From the IMG/VR virus record IMGVR_UViG_3300005805_000050, positions 58,087-122,086 of that record: a DNA stretch of 64,000 nt. The stretch is one strand, 5' to 3'. Of this stretch, positions 8,905 to 16,946 are shown one piece after another (the first letter of the stretch is position 1; every line of letters begins with the position of its first letter). The stretch is from a virus. The notes beneath the pieces were generated by a model. The model saw only the letters and a program-made list of their open reading frames with translations, was not told where the DNA came from and did not search any database. The position numbers were made by a program, and so were the translations under genes.

Positions 8905-11211
8905 ATGATAAATAAGAGTTATGTAATGGTGGATACCATGGAGAAGTTTCGCGCCATGGCCGACCACGTAAAGAAGCACGACATAGTCGCCTTCGACACA
9001 GAAACAACCTCCCTAAACCCAAGAAAAGGCAAGATCATAGGATTCTCTGTAAGCGCAGAGATCGGATACGGATATTACGTACCGACCATGATATTCAAAG
9101 ACGGGGAACTGAACGATGCATACATAGACGGACAGAGTGCACACGAGTTGGCAAAGCGATTCATCACAGCATTGACGACTAAGAAGCTTGTAATGCACAA
9201 TGCGTCATTCGACTGTAGATTCGTAAAGGCGTTTTACGATATAGATCTCACGCCAAGCTTGCACGCCGATACCATACTATTGGTACACACGCTCATGGAA
9301 GAGGGCGCAGGATACATGTCGAAATCGCCCTTCGCTCTCAAAGAAATCGCCAAGAGCATTCAAACGGAATTGGGTCTTGACGTAGAGAAGGAAGCTAACG
9401 AAGAGCAGATCGAACTCAAGAATTCCATAAAGAACAACGGAGGTTCGATAACTAAGGAGAACTACGAGATCTGGAAAGCGGACATCGATATCCTCTCAAA
9501 GTACGCTGCCGCCGATACTGACTTGACTCTACGTGTGTACAACTACTTCGAACCACAGCTAGACGTTCAAGGTCTTAGAAAGTTCTATTACGAGGACGAA
9601 GTCATGCCGCTGTACAAAGAAGTGACCATTCCCATGGAAAGCAGAGGCGTTAGACTCGACATGCCACTGATCACAGACGCCAAGCGTAAGATAAGCGAAG
9701 ATCTAAAGAAGTACCACGAACTGGTCATAAAGGAATTGCTTACGAATCCAGACGTTCGTACGTGGGTTATTTACAAAGCCACCGAAGCTTATCCTCCCAA
9801 CCACAAAGGCGCATACGCTCAGGAGTTGGCAGAGATGCACAACTTGGACATACCAAAATCAAAGAAGAACGGCAAGTACAGCATAACAACAGCTAACGTA
9901 TCTCAACTTCCCGATAGTCCCATAAAGGAATTTCTAGTGACAGGTAACGCTGATTCTTTACCCGAAGACATTCGCTTGAAAGTCAGCATGAAACTTTGGA
10001 AGGAGGACAACGATGGCTCTTACTTCAACATACAGTCTAAGGATCACATGGGCGAAATAGCCTTTGCGGTGCTGGGAATACAGCCTTTGTCAGAAACCAA
10101 GACAGGTAAACCCCAATTCGACGAGGACATGATACAACTCATAGCCGAGGATTACGAGTGGGCTAAACACCTCAGAGTGTACAACAAGCTGATGAAGATT
10201 AGTTCCACGTACATCGATAGGTTCTTAGAGAGCAACGAAGACGGCAAGTACTATTTCTCCTACAAGCAACACGGTACTGTGTCGGGTCGTTACGGATCGG
10301 ACGCTCAACAGTTGCCTAGACCTAAAGAGGAAGGCGACGACGATCAAGTCATTGTGGATTACAACAACTTGGTAAGAGCGTTCTTCATACCTTATGATGG
10401 AAACACGTTCATCGATAACGACTACGAATCTCTTGAACCCAAGACGTTCTCTCACGTATCAGGCGACGAAGGTCTTATGGACATCTTTAGAAACGGTTGG
10501 GACTTTTATTCCACCATCGCAATCAAAACCGAGAAACTGAACCAGTATTCTCCTGACAAAAAGGCTCCGAATTACTTGAGAAAGTTGGCTCCGCAATTGC
10601 GTAACAAGGCGAAAGCGTATTCCCTCGGAATTCCTTATGGCATGGGGCCTTACGCTCTTGGTAAGAACATCGGAGTGAAGACTAAGGAAGCAGAAGAGTT
10701 GGTAAATGGATACCTCGATGGATTTCCAAACCTGAAGAAGTGGATGCAGGATTCTAAAGCTTTCGCCAAGGAAAACGGCTACATCAAAACCCAAGTAGGT
10801 CGCATTCGACACTTGCCCAAAGTGCAACTGTTGTACAGCAAGTACGGAGACAAACTACTTGACTTCAAGTTCAAGATGCAGTTGGAAAAGCAGAAAGGTA
10901 AAGACCACGTGACAAACATGGTGAGAGACTACAAAAATGGTCTCAACAACAGTCTAAACGTGCAGATCCAGGGACTCGCAGCTTCAATAGTAAACCGCGC
11001 AGCTATCGCAATCAACCGAAGATACAAAGAAGCCGGTATAAAAGGTCAGGTCGTAGCACAGATTCACGACCAGCTGATCGTAGAGGTAGAAGAAGCAAGA
11101 TCTAAAGAGGCAGCAGAAATCATGCAGGATTGTATGGAAAACACAACCAAGCTGCGCATACCTTTGGTAGCAATTCCCTCTATTGCGCACAACTGGCGCG
11201 ACGGTCACTGA
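8905..11211 (+). CDS. polA: family A DNA polymerase (3'-5' exonuclease + polymerase)
   Basis: ExoI FDTETT, HNASFD, YAAADTD; motif A DYESLEPK; motif B RNKAKAYSLGIPYG; motif C QIHDQL. Confidence 0.95.
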   Translation: MINKSYVMVDTMEKFRAMADHVKKHDIVAFDTETTSLNPRKGKIIGFSVSAEIGYGYYVPTMIFKDGELNDAYIDGQSAHELAKRFITALTTKKLVMHNASFDCRFVKAFYDIDLTPSLHADTILLVHTLMEEGAGYMSKSPFALKEIAKSIQTELGLDVEKEANEEQIELKNSIKNNGGSITKENYEIWKADIDILSKYAAADTDLTLRVYNYFEPQLDVQGLRKFYYEDEVMPLYKEVTIPMESRGVRLDMPLITDAKRKISEDLKKYHELVIKELLTNPDVRTWVIYKATEAYPPNHKGAYAQELAEMHNLDIPKSKKNGKYSITTANVSQLPDSPIKEFLVTGNADSLPEDIRLKVSMKLWKEDNDGSYFNIQSKDHMGEIAFAVLGIQPLSETKTGKPQFDEDMIQLIAEDYEWAKHLRVYNKLMKISSTYIDRFLESNEDGKYYFSYKQHGTVSGRYGSDAQQLPRPKEEGDDDQVIVDYNNLVRAFFIPYDGNTFIDNDYESLEPKTFSHVSGDEGLMDIFRNGWDFYSTIAIKTEKLNQYSPDKKAPNYLRKLAPQLRNKAKAYSLGIPYGMGPYALGKNIGVKTKEAEELVNGYLDGFPNLKKWMQDSKAFAKENGYIKTQVGRIRHLPKVQLLYSKYGDKLLDFKFKMQLEKQKGKDHVTNMVRDYKNGLNNSLNVQIQGLAASIVNRAAIAINRRYKEAGIKGQVVAQIHDQLIVEVEEARSKEAAEIMQDCMENTTKLRIPLVAIPSIAHNWRDGH

Positions 11212-11222
11212 TATTTATTGAC

Positions 11223-11327
11223 ATGCAACTGACAAAGAGAGAAAGAAAAGCCAAAGCTAGAAAGCGCATGCAGAAGGAGAACCGACGCATAAACCAGCGA
11301 AAGGGTCTGCACCTGAAGCACACATAA
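11223..11327 (+). CDS. 34-aa highly basic peptide
   Basis: MQLTKRERKAKARKRMQKENRRINQRKGLHLKHT; ATATTTATT at 11211-11219 directly upstream. Confidence 0.55.
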   Translation: MQLTKRERKAKARKRMQKENRRINQRKGLHLKHT

Positions 11328-11369
11328 TTTTTACAGAGCATTACATATTTATAAAAAAACCTAAAGAAC

Positions 11370-11546
11370 ATGGAAATACTATTTTGGATCTTAGTTGGCG
11401 GAGTCATTTGTTTCATCGCCGTAAAAGCAGTAGAACTCAATAAGAAATCAGACGCTCCCCAGAGCGGTAACACTTCCGGTGGAGGTGGCTACACAGGCGT
11501 TGGAGGGGACGTAGCAGGAGAATTACCTAAAGAAAACAAAAAATAA
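11370..11546 (+). CDS. 58-aa single-pass membrane protein with Gly-rich tail
   Basis: MEILFWILVGGVICFIAV...; ATATTTATA at 11345-11353; below the ORF-track cutoff. Confidence 0.7.
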   Translation: MEILFWILVGGVICFIAVKAVELNKKSDAPQSGNTSGGGGYTGVGGDVAGELPKENKK

Positions 11547-11550
11547 GAGC

Positions 11551-12078
11551 ATGAAAAAGCTATTAAACGAAGTCAAAAGGATGCAAAAGATCGCGGGCAT
11601 CATCAGCGAAAGCCAGTACGAAGAGAGCGCAGACCTAGCAGATGAAAGCGAAATCAAAGGCGTAAAAGAGGCGAGAAATCAAGTACCCACTGTTCCCGGT
11701 AAACTGGAAATAGACGCCCAAGACCTAGGAGACGATCCGCGATCTTACCAAGACTCGGCTAGAGCGATAAAGACATATCTCACGAAAGCTGGTATCAAAG
11801 CCAAGGTCACAGGCGACTCCAATTTTGGAATGATTTACATACAATTGGCCGATCCGAAACAAGCTGCAAAAGCCACAAAAGTAATTCAAGACGAACTCGG
11901 ATACGAAGCCGTACCCTCACTTGACGACTCACCGGCCAGAATCGACTACGATCCAGACTATAAGGGACCCAGATGGGGCGAACCTACACGCGACGACTCA
12001 GGACCAGCCAGAATCGACTACGATCCCGACTATGCGGGACCCAGATGGGGCGAACAGCCGTTTTGGAAAAATAAATGA
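11551..12078 (+). CDS. hypothetical protein with C-terminal RIDYDPDYxGPRW repeats; possible readthrough to 12144
   Basis: N-terminal MKKLLNEVKRMQKIAGI; two repeats before the TGA and a third in frame after it. Confidence 0.75.
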   Translation: MKKLLNEVKRMQKIAGIISESQYEESADLADESEIKGVKEARNQVPTVPGKLEIDAQDLGDDPRSYQDSARAIKTYLTKAGIKAKVTGDSNFGMIYIQLADPKQAAKATKVIQDELGYEAVPSLDDSPARIDYDPDYKGPRWGEPTRDDSGPARIDYDPDYAGPRWGEQPFWKNK

Positions 12079-12141
12079 CCTACACACGAAGTCTCACCAA
12101 CTAGGATCGACTACGATCCCAACTATAAGGGACCTAGGTGG
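11911..12141 (+). repeat. three copies of a ~63-72 bp coding repeat
   Basis: Shared core a(g/a)(a/g)atcgactacgatcc(a/c)(g/a)actat...ggacc.ag.tgg near 11938, 12010 and 12103. Confidence 0.9.
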
Positions 12142-12160
12142 TAATAGCCTAAACAAAAAC

Positions 12161-12187
12161 AAAAGAGGGACTTCGGTCCCTTTTTTT
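12161..12187 (+). terminator. intrinsic terminator
   Basis: AAAAGAGGGAC-TTCG-GTCCC followed by T7. Confidence 0.9.
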
Positions 12188-12245
12188 ATGTCACTACGAA
12201 TGAAAATAGCTATACATTCTTGAAATTGTGTATATTTATAATAAA

Positions 12246-12800
12246 TAAACGATAAAGGTACGACAGGCCTTTAAGTTATGATTAGTTAAATTATTATTAA
12301 CCAAAAACAACGTCACAGGAGGACGTAGAACTATGACACAATTAACTAAATTCGCAGGTTTTGATCTTGATCCATTCGATCTGTTGTGGAAGAATTTCAT
12401 CGACCACGACTCAAGATTCAATACACTATTAGAAAAAGTAAACTATCCCACGGATATTTACGAAACCGCTGACGGCATCACATTCGAATTAGCCGTCGTT
12501 GGCCTCGACTCAAAAGACATCGTAATCGAAACACAGGGCGAGGTGCTGAGAATCAAGTACAACAAGGAAAAGCACGAAGACGAAACCAAGTACATTTACA
12601 AGGGCATCGCTAAACGTTCTTTCGACCTTGCTTGGAAAGTATCTTCTAAATTCGACCTCCCCAAACTGGAAGCGCAGTTGGAAAAGGGTCTGTTAACCAT
12701 TAAGGTTCCGTTTGCCGAGACTGCAAAAGCGAAAACGATTCAAATCAAAGAAATCAAGTCTCTAAATTAAGGTAAGGGGCCTGTCTTCCTTTATCGTTTA
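12246..12800 (+). repeat. long-range inverted repeat bracketing hsp20
   Basis: TAAACGATAAAGG-tac-GACAGGCC (12246-12269) is complementary to GGCCTGTC-tt-CCTTTATCGTTTA (12778-12800). Confidence 0.85.
12333..12770 (+). CDS. small heat shock protein Hsp20
   Basis: Alpha-crystallin domain: YPTDIYE, ELAVVG, YIYKGIAKRSF, LEKGLLTIKVP, C-terminal IQI. Confidence 0.92.
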   Translation: MTQLTKFAGFDLDPFDLLWKNFIDHDSRFNTLLEKVNYPTDIYETADGITFELAVVGLDSKDIVIETQGEVLRIKYNKEKHEDETKYIYKGIAKRSFDLAWKVSSKFDLPKLEAQLEKGLLTIKVPFAETAKAKTIQIKEIKSLN

Positions 12801-12804
12801 AGTT

Positions 12805-13002
12805 ATGCCATCTTTCAACATTACAAGAAACATCATAGAAGTCAACGATCAACTCTTCGAAGTCAAAAAGACTTTCAAGGAGGAGAGTGTTAAAGATCCC
12901 GTGGGACTCAAGGAGTTCTTCGGCTACGATGCCTTGTTTAAGAAAGATGGAGTGCTGTACTTTTGTAACCTAATTGTAGAACCAGAAATAGTAACCGATT
13001 AA
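12805..13002 (+). CDS. hypothetical protein, 65 aa
   Basis: aagttATG start; sits inside the chaperone operon. Confidence 0.7.
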   Translation: MPSFNITRNIIEVNDQLFEVKKTFKEESVKDPVGLKEFFGYDALFKKDGVLYFCNLIVEPEIVTD

Positions 13003-13010
13003 ACAAACAT

Positions 13011-13304
13011 ATGAGTAAATTAACACCACTGAACGGAAACGTAGTGCTCAAGAAAGTAGAAGAGTCTGAGCAGACCTACGGACAAATTGTTATTCCAGAC
13101 ATGGGCAAGGAAAAGCCCGAACTTGGAGAAGTAGTAGCCACTAGCGAGACGTACAACTGGCACAAGGGATCTTTCACCAAATCAAATTTGGAAGTGGGAC
13201 AACTTGTGTTGATTCCAAAAATGGGAGCGATGTCATTCTCTATAGACACAGAGGACTACATCGTCATTAAGGAAACTGAAGTATTAGCAATCGTAAAGAA
13301 ATAA
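13011..13304 (+). CDS. groS: co-chaperonin GroES
   Basis: LTPLNGNVVLK, GQIVIPD, GEVVA, ETEVLAIV. Confidence 0.92.
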   Translation: MSKLTPLNGNVVLKKVEESEQTYGQIVIPDMGKEKPELGEVVATSETYNWHKGSFTKSNLEVGQLVLIPKMGAMSFSIDTEDYIVIKETEVLAIVKK

Positions 13305-13305
13305 C

Positions 13306-14928
13306 ATGAGCACAACTAAAAACGTATTCGGCACAGAACTCAAGGAGAAGCTGTTGGCCGGCATAGAAAAACTAAACGAATCGGTTTCATCAACGCTTGG
13401 ACCAGGCGGCCGCACTGTTCTTATTCGCGAACCTAACGGAGAAGTGAAGATTACGAAAGACGGCGTCACGTGCGCTAAAGCGTTTCACAAACTGGAGGAC
13501 GACATCGAGGACATCGGAGCCCAATTGGTCAAACAGGTGAGTATCAAATCCGCTAACGAAGCGGGTGACGGTACAACCACTTCGACTCTCATCGCAACCG
13601 AACTCGTAAAAGAGGGTTTGAAGGAGATCAGAGGCGGAGCAAACGCTGTGGCTGTGAAGCGAGAATTGGATCGTCTAGCGTCAGCGGTTATCGAAGACAT
13701 TAAGAAGATCGCCATTGATGTCTCTTCAGAAGAACAGATCAAGCAAGTAGCAACCATCTCAGGCAACAACGACGAAGAGGTGGGTAATCTCATCGCTTCA
13801 GCTATCGATAAAGTTGGCAGAGAGGGCGTAGTTACTATCGAAGAGTCCAAAACTGGAGAAACCACGCTTGAAGCAGTAGAGGGTATGCAGTTTGAAAGGG
13901 GATACAAGAGCCCTTATTTCGTTACGAACAACACCACTATGCAAGCCGTGTTGGAAGACTGTTACGTCATGCTTTTCGACGGTCGAATTTCTACCGCTCA
14001 AGAGCTTTTACAGGTTCTGACAAAGGCCAATTCTGAAAGCAAACCGCTTCTCATCGTAGCTGAAGATTTCGGAGACGAGGCACTAGCCACTCTCATCGTA
14101 AATAAAATGAGAGGCATCGTACAAGTGTGCGCAGTGAAAGCTCCAGAGTTTGGCGAACGCAAGACGCTTGTACTCGAAGACATCGCTATCATCACTGGCG
14201 GTCAAGTCATATCGAAGGACAAGGGTCACAAGCTCGACAAGATTCCAGCAGCACAGTTGTCTCAATACCTTGGTAAAGCCCGCATGGTAACAGTATCTAA
14301 AGAGGATACTACTATCGTAGACGGAAAAGGGTCGGCTGAAGCAATCGAAGCCCGTGCTAACGAGATCAAAGATCAAATTGAAAAAGCACAGTCGTTCTTC
14401 GAAAAGGAGAAATTACAAGAGCGTCTTGGTAAAATGGTCGGAGGCGTAGCAGTGATTAGCGTAGGAGGAAATTCCGAGATCGAGATCAAAGAGAAGAAAG
14501 ATCGATTGGAAGACGCACTCTATGCAACTAAAGCGGCTCTCGTAGATGGAGTAGTGCCAGGCGGAGGAGCAACACTATTCCGCATTGCGCTGAAGCACAG
14601 AGGATGCGAGAGCAGAGAAGCCGATATTGCAGACGCCATTCTTAAAGACGCTATACAATCTCCTTTCAAGAAAATTCTACTCAACGCAGGTATCGAGAAT
14701 TGGTGGCAAAACATCCCCACTTCAGACAAAGACGTGTACGATGCAAAGTCGCACAAGCTTGTAGATGCATTTGAAGCAGGCATTCTTGATCCAGCTAAGG
14801 TCGTGATCACAGCTGTAAAAAACGCAGTATCGGTCGCAGGCACAATCCTCACTACTGAGTCCGTAGTCTTCGAGAAAAAAGACAAAGACGAAAAGGATAA
14901 TCAGTCGGGAGGAATGCCGATGATGTAA
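13306..14928 (+). CDS. groL: chaperonin GroEL
   Basis: TLGPGGR, TKDGVT, AGDGTTT, GMQFERGY, GVVPGGG, GILDP, GGMPMM tail. Confidence 0.97.
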   Translation: MSTTKNVFGTELKEKLLAGIEKLNESVSSTLGPGGRTVLIREPNGEVKITKDGVTCAKAFHKLEDDIEDIGAQLVKQVSIKSANEAGDGTTTSTLIATELVKEGLKEIRGGANAVAVKRELDRLASAVIEDIKKIAIDVSSEEQIKQVATISGNNDEEVGNLIASAIDKVGREGVVTIEESKTGETTLEAVEGMQFERGYKSPYFVTNNTTMQAVLEDCYVMLFDGRISTAQELLQVLTKANSESKPLLIVAEDFGDEALATLIVNKMRGIVQVCAVKAPEFGERKTLVLEDIAIITGGQVISKDKGHKLDKIPAAQLSQYLGKARMVTVSKEDTTIVDGKGSAEAIEARANEIKDQIEKAQSFFEKEKLQERLGKMVGGVAVISVGGNSEIEIKEKKDRLEDALYATKAALVDGVVPGGGATLFRIALKHRGCESREADIADAILKDAIQSPFKKILLNAGIENWWQNIPTSDKDVYDAKSHKLVDAFEAGILDPAKVVITAVKNAVSVAGTILTTESVVFEKKDKDEKDNQSGGMPMM

Positions 14929-14937
14929 ATTAGGGAT

Positions 14938-15045
14938 AGTCAGGTGGCGGAATTGGTAACGCACACGTAACGAGCTGATGTACACAGCACCCATAAAGAG
15001 AGTTACGTGGTGGTATAAATACAGGTTCGAATCCTGTCCTGACTA
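14938..15045 (+). tRNA. aberrant tRNA-like RNA with an extended anticodon arm
   Basis: Acceptor AGTCAGG/CCTGACT + A73; D arm GCGGAATTGGTAACGC; T arm ACAGG-TTCGAAT-CCTGT; 8-bp stem CACGTAAC/GTTACGTG enclosing 30 nt; no CCA. Confidence 0.75.
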
Positions 15046-15074
15046 CAAAAATTAGTTATGAAAAATAAAACAAC

Positions 15075-15956
15075 ATGTTCCTAAACAAAGCAACAGACCA
15101 GTCCAACTTGGACACCGAGGGAGGCAGGGATTTGAACTACTACCTCGAGATGACCAAGGACTACAAACCCGATTTTGAATTCAAGGTAAAACAGTTGGAA
15201 GGGTTCAACGTCATAGACGACGGAGAATTCCAATACGGTACCAAATCCAAGATGGGAGATTTCATGATCTCTCAAGTTAAAGAAGATACACTAGTATACG
15301 TGGCGCCGAGAACGGGATACGCGCCTTACTCTCTGACTTACCTCGCAAAGAAGTACAACAAGAAGCTTGTGTTGTTCATGCCCGCTTGCAAAGAAATCTC
15401 TGAACACCAACTGAGGGTCATAGAGGACGGAGCAACACCGATATTCATCAAGACGCCTGCAATGCCAACACTAAACTTATGGGCCAAGGAGTTCGCTAAG
15501 AAGACAGGCGCAAAGTACTTGCCCTTCGGTCTCAAGCACGAGCAGGTGGTTGCAGGCGGAGTGAAGATATTCTACGAGGCATTCAAAAACCAAAACATCG
15601 ATACGATGTGGACTGTATTCTCAACTGGTGTGCTGTCCAGAACTCTTCAGATCGCGCTATCTAACACAGCCTTTAATGCTGTTGCTGTTGCAAGAAACGT
15701 TCAACCAGGCGAGCTCGGTAGAGCACACTTTTACAGCTACGATAAAGCATTCACAAAGGAAACCAAAGCCCACGTTCCATTCGATTGCATCAAAACCTAC
15801 GACGCAAAGGGTTGGGAGTACATGAAAAAGTATGGCAAGGAAGGCGACTGGTTTTGGAACGTGGCTAGAAACATGCCGAAGGCCAGCATAAAGCCAAGCG
15901 ATGTGGACTCTGAACGCAAGTGGGGAGACAAGTCCGACATGGACAAGTACCTATAA
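15075..15956 (+). CDS. PLP-dependent fold-type II (PALP) enzyme
   Basis: GTK(S)K Schiff-base Lys region, TLVYVAPRTGYA, VFSTGVLS phosphate loop, YDAKGW, FWNV. Confidence 0.7.
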   Translation: MFLNKATDQSNLDTEGGRDLNYYLEMTKDYKPDFEFKVKQLEGFNVIDDGEFQYGTKSKMGDFMISQVKEDTLVYVAPRTGYAPYSLTYLAKKYNKKLVLFMPACKEISEHQLRVIEDGATPIFIKTPAMPTLNLWAKEFAKKTGAKYLPFGLKHEQVVAGGVKIFYEAFKNQNIDTMWTVFSTGVLSRTLQIALSNTAFNAVAVARNVQPGELGRAHFYSYDKAFTKETKAHVPFDCIKTYDAKGWEYMKKYGKEGDWFWNVARNMPKASIKPSDVDSERKWGDKSDMDKYL

Positions 15957-15959
15957 GAT

Positions 15960-15994
15960 AGATTTCATTATTCAATCCAACATCAGTAAATTAC
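15960..15994 (+). promoter_or_regulatory. sigma-A-like promoter AGATTT-N21-TAAATTAC
   Basis: Same spacing as the other four; degenerate -7 box. Confidence 0.4.
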
Positions 15995-15998
15995 AGTT

Positions 15999-16268
15999 AT
16001 GAATATCATAGAAGAAGCAAACCAGATCGTAAACAAAAGATCACAAGAAAAAGAGCGCCAATACGGTCCCTTCCAAGAGGGCATGGAGCGAGCGGCAATG
16101 ATTTTCCGAGGAGCAACAGGCAAGGACATTACAGCTGAAGACATGTACATAGCGTTAGTTGCGCTCAAGCTGTCGCGTCACAGCTACAACTACAAACGAG
16201 ACAATCTGCTCGATGCTGTGGCGTACTTAGGAGCGCTCGATAACCACATATCTAACAAGAAGAAATGA
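15999..16268 (+). CDS. DUF6378-like all-alpha NTP pyrophosphohydrolase-related protein
   Basis: R..QYGPF, LKLSR, DNLLDAVAY pattern. Confidence 0.7.
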   Translation: MNIIEEANQIVNKRSQEKERQYGPFQEGMERAAMIFRGATGKDITAEDMYIALVALKLSRHSYNYKRDNLLDAVAYLGALDNHISNKKK

Positions 16269-16603
16269 ATTTATTTTATGGTATGTTGGCGGGTGTGTTT
16301 GCCCAAATCATAACATTTTTACAACTGCAAGGCAGTGCAAAATGGGGATGGTATAATAAGTATCCTGTACTTATGTTATTGTTGGGATTACCCATATCCT
16401 ATCTATTCATAAAGTCTGTAGAGAACATAATCATCGCCTATAACGGAGAGATATGGCCAAGTAGATTGATAGGTTTCGGAATAGGCATCATAGTGTTCTA
16501 TCTTATGAGTTATTTCATGTTCAATGAGTCTATCACGCTTAAAACATTCGTGTGCCTCTTCTTATCAGTCTGCATAATACTGATTCAACTGTTTTGGAAA
16601 TGA
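16265..16603 (+). CDS. 4-TM SMR/DMT-like membrane protein
   Basis: 112 aa, four hydrophobic helices, W..R..GFGIG and FNESITLK. Confidence 0.6.
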   Translation: MNLFYGMLAGVFAQIITFLQLQGSAKWGWYNKYPVLMLLLGLPISYLFIKSVENIIIAYNGEIWPSRLIGFGIGIIVFYLMSYFMFNESITLKTFVCLFLSVCIILIQLFWK

Positions 16604-16812
16604 TGCTGGAGTTTAGAAATCCCATACCGGTGGTAGTGGAAGGCGACAAAGAGGCATATGCGATATACGTTAGGGACGGGGGTACATTTGAGAACGATGT
16701 GTGGTGCGTAGTACACTGCGAAGGCGGATACATAAGGCACTATAGAACTGATCAAATAAAACTTCACAGAAACGAAACTTACCAACTTACAAAACCAACT
16801 GAACCGAAATGA
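16600..16812 (+). CDS. hypothetical protein
   Basis: ATGA overlap with the upstream stop; the track start at 16552 is probably too long. Confidence 0.65.
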   Translation: MMLEFRNPIPVVVEGDKEAYAIYVRDGGTFENDVWCVVHCEGGYIRHYRTDQIKLHRNETYQLTKPTEPK

Positions 16813-16946
16813 AAGGCTTTTTACTTGGCACACTAGGCGTTATATTGGCTTTTGTAATTCCATTGGGAATATTGAAATTAGCAACTAAATTATTAGATAC
16901 CACAAACAAAAAACAACATGAAGATAAAGAAAATCAGGGACGTTAA
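16809..16946 (+). CDS. 45-aa single-pass membrane protein
   Basis: MKGFLLGTLGVILAFVIPLGIL...; ATGA overlap; runs into the dut start. Confidence 0.45.
   Translation: MKGFLLGTLGVILAFVIPLGILKLATKLLDTTNKKQHEDKENQGR

Noticed and set aside
3439-11211. Inteins or group I introns in dnaB, nrdA/B or polA
   Set aside because: Frames are uninterrupted, lengths are normal, and no intein C1/HN or LAGLIDADG motifs were seen.
11223-11327. Phage ribosomal protein bS21
   Set aside because: Too short and lacks the bS21 pattern; kept only as a basic peptide.
11911-12141. CRISPR array
   Set aside because: The units are contiguous, in-frame coding repeats with no unique spacers of constant length.
14938-15045. 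Ordinary tRNA-Tyr(GTA) or suppressor tRNA explaining the TGA readthrough
   Set aside because: The arm geometry is incompatible with normal decoding, and no TCA anticodon can be formed in the candidate loops.
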